From NCBI GenBank assembly GCA_035519515.1, contig DATIWC010000058.1:25960-89959 (forward strand): 64,000 nt of DNA. The letters run 5' to 3'. The notes below the pieces were generated by a model. It was not told where the DNA came from. It made no database searches and saw only the letters and a program-made list of their open reading frames with translations. Positions within the stretch are counted from its first letter, which is position 1; the number at the start of each line of letters is the position of its first letter. The DNA comes from Usitatibacter sp. (GTDB taxonomy: Bacteria > Pseudomonadota > Gammaproteobacteria > Burkholderiales > Usitatibacteraceae). The position numbers and the translations under genes were made by a program. Shown one piece after another: positions 57,992 through 64,000 of the stretch.

Positions 57992-60516
57992 TGGCGAGCC
58001 GCGCCGCCGCGCTCGTGGCAGAGCCGCCGCCGGAAGATCCAGTCGCCCACCTGGAATCGTGGTTCGCGCGCAACGGGTGGCGCGCCTTTGCCTTCCAGCA
58101 CGAGGTCTGGCGCGCCTACCTGGACGGCGAATCGGGCCTGGTGCACTCCGCCACCGGCAGCGGAAAGACGCTCGCCGCGTGGCTGGGCCCGCTCGCGCAA
58201 TGGATGGCGGAAGGCGCGGGCCGTGCCGCCCCCGCGCTGCGCGTGCTGTGGATCACGCCGATGCGCGCGCTCGCCGCCGACACCGTGCTCTCCATGCAAC
58301 GTGCCGTCGAGGGGCTGGGCATCCCGTGGACGGTGGGCCTTCGCACCGGCGACACCTCGAGCGCGGAACGCGCGAAGCAGGCGCGCAAGCTTCCCTCGGC
58401 GCTCGTCACCACGCCGGAGAGCCTCTCGCTGATGCTCTCCAACGCCGATGCGCGCGAGAAGCTCTCGGAGCTCAAGCTCGTCGTCGTGGACGAGTGGCAC
58501 GAGCTGCTCGGCAACAAGCGCGGCGTGATGACGGAGCTCGGCCTCGCCCGGTTGCGCCGGTGGAACCCGAAGGTGCAGACGTGGGGGCTGTCGGCGACGC
58601 TGGGGAACATCGAGGAGGCGGCGGAAAGATTGACGGGATCCCCGACAGCCTCGAGCGCAAGGATCGTCAAGGGCGTGAGCGACAAGCAGGTCGCCATCGA
58701 CACGCTGATCCCGCCCGATGTCGATCGCTTTCCCTGGGCGGGGCACATCGGGCTTGCGATGCTCGATCGCGTGGTCGAGGCGATCGATTCCTCGCGCTCC
58801 ACGCTCGTCTTCACCAACGTGCGCTCGCAGGCGGAGATCTGGTACCAGGGCATCCTCGAGGCGCGGCCCGACTGGGCGGGCCTGATCGGGCTGCACCACG
58901 GCTCGCTCGATGCCGACGTGCGCCGCTGGGTCGAGCAGGGGCTCAAGGAAGGGCGCCTGAAGGCCGTGGTGGCCACTTCCAGCCTCGACCTGGGTGTGGA
59001 CTTCTCGCCGGTCGAGCGCGTGCTTCAGATCGGCAGCGCCAAGGGCGTGGCGCGCCTCATGCAGCGCGCGGGACGCTCCGGTCACGCGCCCGGGCAGGTG
59101 AGCCGCGTGAGCTGCGTGCCTTCGCATGCGCTCGAGTTCGTGGAAGCGGCGGCGGCGCGGCGCGCCGCGCTGGCGGGCCGCATCGAGGCGCGCACTCCCG
59201 TCGACCGGCCGCTCGACCTCCTCACGCAGCACCTCGTCACGATCGCCGCGGGCGAGGGCTTCGACGAGGAAGCGCTCAAGGCCGAAGTGCGCAGCGCCCG
59301 CGCATACCGCGACCTCACCGACGCCGAATGGCAATGGGCGCTCGATTTCGTGACTCGCGGCGGCGATGCGCTGAAGGCCTATCCCGATTACCACAAGGTG
59401 GTGCGCGACGAGGAGGGCACGTGGCGGGTGAAGGACACCGCCATCGCGCGGCGCCACCGCATGTCCATCGGCACCATCGTCTCCGACGCCGCGGTGGACA
59501 TCCGCTACATGAGCGGCAAGCGGCTGGGCAACGTGGAGGAATCCTTCATCGCGCGGCTCGCCAAGGGCGACGCGTTCGTGTTCGCCGGGCACGTGCTCGA
59601 GCTGATCCGCGTGGAGAACATGACGGCCTACGTTCGAGCCGCGAAGCCGGGCTCCGCCGTGATCCCGCGCTGGGACGGCGGCCGCTGCCCGCTCTCGAGC
59701 GAGGTCTCGGAGAGCATCCGCGAGCTCCTCGAGCTGCACCTGGAGGGCCGCGCGAACGAGCCCGAGCTGAAAGCCGTCGAGCGGCTGCTCAAGCTCCAGA
59801 ACTCGTGGTCGCGCATCCCGCGCCGGCGCGAGCTGCTGCTGGAGCAGACGCAGTCGCGCGAGGGCCACCACGTCTTCCTCTATCCCTTCGAGGGACGCTC
59901 GGTGCACCTGGGCCTCTCGGCGCTGCTCGCCTATCGCCTTTCGAAGGCGCGCGCATCCACGTTCTCGCTGGGATTCACCGACTACGGCTTCGAGCTGCTC
60001 GCGCGCCAGCGCTTCGAGATGATTCCCGCGCTCAAGGCGGGCCTGCTCTCGACCGAAAACCTCCTCGAGGACATGCTGGCGAGCCTGAACGCCGCCGAGC
60101 TCTCGAAGCGGCAATTCCGCGAGATCGCGCGCGTGGCGGGCCTCGTCTTCCAGGGCTATCCGGGGCAGCCGAAGACCAACCGGGAGGTGCAGGCCACCAG
60201 CGGGTTGATCTACGAGGTGTTCGCGCGCTGGGACCCGGCCAATCCGCTGCTCGGGCAATCGGAGCGCGAGGTGCTCGAGCGGCAGCTCGAGTACTCGCGG
60301 CTCGCGCAAGCCCTTCGGCGCATGGCCGCGGCGCCCGTGCTGCTGCGCCAGACGCACAAGCCTTCGCCCTTCGCGTTCCCGATCATGGTGAGCCGCTTCC
60401 GCGAGAAGCTCACCAACGAGAAGCTCGCCGACCGCGTGCGCCGCATGCAACTCGAATACGATAAGGCGACCGGCGTGGCCACCGACGAAGGCGAAGCGCA
60501 GCTGGACCTCCTATGA
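57988..60516 (+). CDS. DEXH-box helicase of the DNA-ligase-associated (Lhr-core) family
   Basis: 842 aa from an ATG overlapping the deacetylase stop (ATGA). Walker A ATGSGKT, DEWH box, helicase C motifs (…QRAGRSGH…), long DEAD-associated C-terminal domain. Confidence 0.85.
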   Translation: MMASRAAALVAEPPPEDPVAHLESWFARNGWRAFAFQHEVWRAYLDGESGLVHSATGSGKTLAAWLGPLAQWMAEGAGRAAPALRVLWITPMRALAADTVLSMQRAVEGLGIPWTVGLRTGDTSSAERAKQARKLPSALVTTPESLSLMLSNADAREKLSELKLVVVDEWHELLGNKRGVMTELGLARLRRWNPKVQTWGLSATLGNIEEAAERLTGSPTASSARIVKGVSDKQVAIDTLIPPDVDRFPWAGHIGLAMLDRVVEAIDSSRSTLVFTNVRSQAEIWYQGILEARPDWAGLIGLHHGSLDADVRRWVEQGLKEGRLKAVVATSSLDLGVDFSPVERVLQIGSAKGVARLMQRAGRSGHAPGQVSRVSCVPSHALEFVEAAAARRAALAGRIEARTPVDRPLDLLTQHLVTIAAGEGFDEEALKAEVRSARAYRDLTDAEWQWALDFVTRGGDALKAYPDYHKVVRDEEGTWRVKDTAIARRHRMSIGTIVSDAAVDIRYMSGKRLGNVEESFIARLAKGDAFVFAGHVLELIRVENMTAYVRAAKPGSAVIPRWDGGRCPLSSEVSESIRELLELHLEGRANEPELKAVERLLKLQNSWSRIPRRRELLLEQTQSREGHHVFLYPFEGRSVHLGLSALLAYRLSKARASTFSLGFTDYGFELLARQRFEMIPALKAGLLSTENLLEDMLASLNAAELSKRQFREIARVAGLVFQGYPGQPKTNREVQATSGLIYEVFARWDPANPLLGQSEREVLERQLEYSRLAQALRRMAAAPVLLRQTHKPSPFAFPIMVSRFREKLTNEKLADRVRRMQLEYDKATGVATDEGEAQLDLL

Positions 60517-61160
60517 CCGAATGCTCGATCGCGGGCGAGACGCTCGTCCTCCTCGCCGAGAAAGTGGCGTACTGGCCCGCGCGCGACGCGCTCTTCGTGG
60601 CGGACTTCCACCTGGGCAAGGCCGCGAGCTTCCGCCGCGCCGGGATTGCGCTGCCGCCGGGCACCACGACCGAGAACGTGGAGCGACTGGGCCGCGCGCT
60701 CGACAAGACCCGTGCGAAGAGCGTGGTCTTCCTCGGCGACTTCCTGCACAGCGCCGAAGGGCGGGCGGCGAGCACGTTCGAGAAGTTCGGCGCGTGGCGA
60801 GCGTCGCGGGGCGCGGTGGAGCTCACGCTCGTGCGCGGCAACCACGACAGGAAGGCGGGCGATCCGCCCGAGGGCTGGAACATGCGCTGCGTCGAGGCGG
60901 GCGAGCGCATGGGCCCGTTCGTGCTCAACCACGAGCCCGGATCGAGCCGCGGCGGCTATGCGCTCGCGGGCCACATCCACCCGGCGGTTCGCCTCACGGG
61001 CAGCGGCGAGAAATCCTTGCGCCTGCCGTGCTTCTGGTTCGGCGCGCGCTGCGGCGTGCTGCCGGCCTTCGGAGCCTTCACGGGCAGCGCCGAGGTGCTG
61101 CCCCGGCGCGGCGACCAGGTGTTCGTGATCGCCGAGGAAGAAGTCCTGCAGGTCGCCTGA
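60513..61160 (+). CDS. pdeM: Ligase-associated DNA damage response metallophosphoesterase PdeM
   Basis: 215 aa. …LFVADFHLGK…, …VFLGDFLH…, …VRGNHD…, …GHIHP…. ATGA overlap with the helicase stop. Confidence 0.85.
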   Translation: MTECSIAGETLVLLAEKVAYWPARDALFVADFHLGKAASFRRAGIALPPGTTTENVERLGRALDKTRAKSVVFLGDFLHSAEGRAASTFEKFGAWRASRGAVELTLVRGNHDRKAGDPPEGWNMRCVEAGERMGPFVLNHEPGSSRGGYALAGHIHPAVRLTGSGEKSLRLPCFWFGARCGVLPAFGAFTGSAEVLPRRGDQVFVIAEEEVLQVA

Positions 61161-61162
61161 AG

Positions 61163-61675
61163 ATGCCGAACTGGGTCTTCCTCCTGGTGCGGTTCGTCCT
61201 GAGCGCCTCGGGCTGCGCTTTCATGACCTGGGCGGCGTGGCGCATCGGGCAGCGCGACCTCTCGTGGGCGCTCATGGCCTTCGTGTTCTCGACGCCGCTC
61301 GTCGGCGTGGCGATCGCGCGCCCGCTGGTGGAGCTCTCGCACGAGGGCCTCACGTGGCTCTCGCGCCAGCCGCACGAGAAGTGGCAGGGCCGCTACTACG
61401 CGTTTAACGACGTGCAGGTCCGCGTCTTCGACGACGGCGAGCGGCTCTGGTTCTGCACGATCGACCTGGTGAAGGCCTGCCACCTGAAAGCCGTGGCGCA
61501 GGTGCTGCCGGGAGTCGTCGAAGTCGAAGGACTGCCATGCCTCGATCTCGCCGGCGTCGAGGCGCTGCAGGCGTCGAACTCGAACGTCGAGCTGGGCAAG
61601 TGCCTGCTGTGGGCGCGGCGCGAGGTCGTGGCGCCGTGGGAGCGCAAGAAGAGCGGGGCGTTGATTCCCCGGTAG
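61163..61675 (+). CDS. Hypothetical membrane protein with C-terminal Bro-N/KilA-N-like segment
   Basis: 170 aa starting 2 nt after pdeM. Two N-terminal TM helices, then YYAFNDVQVRVFDDGERLWFCTIDLVKACHL, which resembles the Bro-N pattern F-x4-(V/I)R-x5-G-x-x-WF-x3-D(V/L). Confidence 0.5.
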   Translation: MPNWVFLLVRFVLSASGCAFMTWAAWRIGQRDLSWALMAFVFSTPLVGVAIARPLVELSHEGLTWLSRQPHEKWQGRYYAFNDVQVRVFDDGERLWFCTIDLVKACHLKAVAQVLPGVVEVEGLPCLDLAGVEALQASNSNVELGKCLLWARREVVAPWERKKSGALIPR

Positions 61676-62218
61676 TCAGCGCTGCGGCGGCCTGATGTCC
61701 CCGAACCGCGTCTTGAAGCCGCCCGTCTTGCGATCCTCGAGGAAGTGCTCGAGCGTGCGCTTCACCATCGCGAAGGCGATCTGGTCCCACGGGATGTCGC
61801 GCGCCTCGACGAGCTTCACGTCGAGGCTCTCGATGCCCGGCGAGACGTCGGTGTCGAGCAGGCGCGCGCGGAACATCATGTACACCTGGCTGATGTGCGG
61901 GATCGAATACACGGTGTAGAGATCCTCGATCTCCACGCGCGCGTTGGCTTCCTCGAGCGCCTCGCGGGCGGCGCCTTCGGCGGCCGATTCGTTTTCCTCC
62001 ATGAAGCCGGCCGGAAGCGTCCACAGGCCGTAGCGCGGCTCGATGGCGCGCTTGCAGATGAGGATGCGATCGCCGTGCACGGGCACGCAGCCCACCACGA
62101 TCTTCGGATTCTGGTACTGGATCGTGCCGCACGACTCGCACATCGCGCGGGTGAGCGAATCGCCTTCGGGAACGCGGTGGACGACCTCCGCGCCGCATGA
62201 ATTGCAGAACCGGATCAA
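61676..62218 (-). CDS. NUDIX hydrolase with N-terminal zinc-ribbon
   Basis: Last 180 aa of listed ORF 61676..63952. TTG start gives (M)IRFCNSCGAEV…CESCG. Nudix box GLWTLPAGFMEENESAAEGAAREALEEA. Confidence 0.8.
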   Translation of the reverse strand: MIRFCNSCGAEVVHRVPEGDSLTRAMCESCGTIQYQNPKIVVGCVPVHGDRILICKRAIEPRYGLWTLPAGFMEENESAAEGAAREALEEANARVEIEDLYTVYSIPHISQVYMMFRARLLDTDVSPGIESLDVKLVEARDIPWDQIAFAMVKRTLEHFLEDRKTGGFKTRFGDIRPPQR

Positions 62219-62293
62219 GGGCTTGCCCGTGTCAGTTGAAACGGCGGACCGCTCCGCGATCCGTTCCGAAGTGTTAGCATCGCACCTGCAATC

Positions 62294-64000
62294 ATGACCC
62301 GATTCCTCGCAGTTCTCGTCCTCGCCGCGTCCACGATGGCCGGCGCCCAAAGCCTCACCCGCATGCCCTCGCGCGCGACCGAAGCCGCGGTCCCCGCGCC
62401 GGTCACCTGGCGCGCGCCGCTGCTGCCCGCCCGCGACCTCATCTCGCTGCCGCCGCTGCCGCAACAGAAAGCGGCGCCCGCGCAATCGGCCAACGCACCC
62501 TTGCAAGTGGCGACGGGACGCCCGCTCGTCAAGGCCGCGCCGATCGCCCAATGGACCCGCGTTCCGGGAGGATACGTCGCGCGGCTGCGCGTTTCCTCGG
62601 AGGGGGCGGAGGGCCTGCGGCTGCGCATCGAGCTGGGCACCGTCCCGGGCGCCTTCGAGCTGCGCGCGCAGGGCCCGGCCTCCTCGGTCATCGAGGCGAT
62701 GACGATCGATCCGCTGCTCGGCAACACGCACTGGACTCCGTGGACCGAGGGCTCGACGCAGACCCTCGAGATCTTCAGCCGCGTGGAGCCTTCGGCCTCG
62801 GCGCTCGCGATCACCAACGTCTCGCACTTCACCGATTCTCCGCTCACGGCGAAGGCGGCCGCGAGCGAGTGCACCATCTCCACCCAGTGCACGACGGGCG
62901 ACGCGACGATCGACGCCGCCATGGCCACGCGCAAGAAGTCGGTGGTGAAGATGGTCTTCGCGCACGACTCGGGCGGGCAATTCCTCTGCACCGGCACGCT
63001 CGTCAACACGCCGCTCTTCCCGGCGCCGTTCCTCCTCACCGCCAACCACTGCATCGGCACCGTCACCGCCGCGGCGAGCCTTTCCACCTGGTGGTTCTAC
63101 GAATCGCCTGCCTGCGACCTCGTGACCGGCAACGCGCCGGGGCTCGTGCAGGTGGGCGGCGGCGCGCAGCTCGTCTTCACCAACTTCAACGTCGACTCGA
63201 CGCTGCTGCGGATGAACAACCCGGCGCCCGCCGGCGCGGTCTTCTCGTCGTGGGACAACTCGCGCATCGCCAAGGGCAGCCCCATCGTGAGCCTGAGCCA
63301 CCCCCACGGCGACACGAGCCGCGTGGCGCTGGGCTCGGTGGTGAACGAATTCCGCGTGGACCAGTGGCCCTACGACATGTACGCCGTCACGTTCACCAAG
63401 GGCATTCCCGAGGCGGGCTCCAGCGGCTCGGGCCTGTTCGTGATGAACGACACCGGGACGCTCGACCTGGCGGGGATCTTCACCGGGGTCACGACCGACA
63501 ACAGCGCCGACGGCCTGAGCTGCACGGACCTCAACGAATACGGCCTGTACGACCGCTTCGAGGTCTTCGAGCCCGAGATCGACCAGTACATCAACGGCGC
63601 GCCCATCACGGACGACGCGCCCAACCGCGTGCAGGACTACGCGGGGATCGCGCTCGATCCCGCCGGCAACGACATGCCGCTCAACCTGCGCACGTCCGAC
63701 CTCGTGTACGCCAACAAGCGCATCGACTACGCCGGCGACATCGACGTCTATCGCTTCATCGTCTCGGCGAACGCCACCCCGGTGCACATCTACACCACGG
63801 GCACGAGCGACACCGTGGGCACGCTGATGGACCCGGCCGGCACCGAGATCGCCGCGAGCGACGACGAGAATTCCAGCAGCACGAACATGGGCATGACGCA
63901 CACGCTGGACGCCGGCACGTACTACGTGGGCGTGGGCCACTGGGACCCGCACGCGACGGGCGCTTACTCGCTCGTGCTCTCGACGGCCACGACGCCGGCG
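62294..64000 (+). CDS. Secreted trypsin-fold (S1) serine endopeptidase with C-terminal pre-peptidase (PPC)-like domain, 3'-truncated by window end
   Basis: Not in the track because it is open at the window end. My translation from ATG 62294: MTRFLAVLVLAASTMAGAQS (signal), FLLTANHC (His), GSSGSGLF (Ser), then …GDIDVYRF…GTYYVGV… (PPC-like). Confidence 0.7.
   Translation, partial: MTRFLAVLVLAASTMAGAQSLTRMPSRATEAAVPAPVTWRAPLLPARDLISLPPLPQQKAAPAQSANAPLQVATGRPLVKAAPIAQWTRVPGGYVARLRVSSEGAEGLRLRIELGTVPGAFELRAQGPASSVIEAMTIDPLLGNTHWTPWTEGSTQTLEIFSRVEPSASALAITNVSHFTDSPLTAKAAASECTISTQCTTGDATIDAAMATRKKSVVKMVFAHDSGGQFLCTGTLVNTPLFPAPFLLTANHCIGTVTAAASLSTWWFYESPACDLVTGNAPGLVQVGGGAQLVFTNFNVDSTLLRMNNPAPAGAVFSSWDNSRIAKGSPIVSLSHPHGDTSRVALGSVVNEFRVDQWPYDMYAVTFTKGIPEAGSSGSGLFVMNDTGTLDLAGIFTGVTTDNSADGLSCTDLNEYGLYDRFEVFEPEIDQYINGAPITDDAPNRVQDYAGIALDPAGNDMPLNLRTSDLVYANKRIDYAGDIDVYRFIVSANATPVHIYTTGTSDTVGTLMDPAGTEIAASDDENSSSTNMGMTHTLDAGTYYVGVGHWDPHATGAYSLVLSTATTPA

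Overview
This is a very GC-rich, gene-dense bacterial chromosome segment with Betaproteobacteria-like synteny. I recognised no rRNA, tRNA, CRISPR array or IS/transposase. Long antisense ORFs in the track are GC artefacts.

**Layout**
- **1-17.1 kb, housekeeping block:** glnD-map / rpsB-tsf-pyrH-frr-uppS-cdsA-dxr-rseP-bamA-skp-lpxD-fabZ-lpxA-lpxB. It is followed by a TrmH-family methyltransferase and yhhQ where rnhB usually sits. Most junctions are 4-nt ATGA/GTGA overlaps.
- **17.2-26.2 kb, accessory envelope block:** HupE/UreJ, two tandem PlpD-like (type Vd) patatin-Omp85 paralogues, and a convergent operon of EstA-like GDSL autotransporter, DUF2007 and MscS.
- **26.2-33.5 kb, metabolism:** ppsR/ppsA, elaA, bdhA, pcp and acetoacetyl-CoA synthetase.
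- **33.6-46.0 kb, NO/denitrification island:** a CbbR-like LysR regulator, a CDF transporter, then nnrS, a small CxxC protein and nirK (lipoprotein with a C-terminal cytochrome c fusion). These are followed by a polytopic membrane protein, DUF59, nsrR, qNor norB, DUF2249, nirS and dnr.
- **46.1-53.6 kb, tightly packed operon:** TonB-dependent receptor, NMO-like flavoenzyme, orphan GspE/PilB-type ATPase and a penicillin/AHL-acylase family protein.
- **53.6-64 kb, mixed:** AlkP/NPP phosphodiesterase, di-haem cytochrome c peroxidase, a small HExxH protein, an HDAC-family deacetylase coupled to the ligase-associated Lhr-type helicase and PdeM, a membrane Bro-N-like protein, a NUDIX hydrolase, and a secreted S1 protease that is truncated by the window end.

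**Most notable observations**
- Both nitrite reductase types (nirK and nirS) sit about 5 kb apart in one island.
- Candidate Dnr/FNR boxes precede nirK, nsrR, norB, nirS and dnr. A duplicated FNR-box plus NsrR-dyad promoter module lies upstream of nirK and nsrR.
- Three surface lipolytic autotransporters are clustered within about 8 kb.
- Several genes have an N-terminus reachable only from a non-canonical CTG embedded in a CTGA stop/start overlap.
- Two unusual operon associations: TBDR-NMO-GspE-acylase, and HDAC-Lhr-PdeM-BroN.

**Limits:** all calls rest on reading the translations and sequence by eye. No database search was run. CDS starts that differ from the track were derived by residue counting from track ORFs. 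Short-motif coordinates may be off by 1-2 nt.
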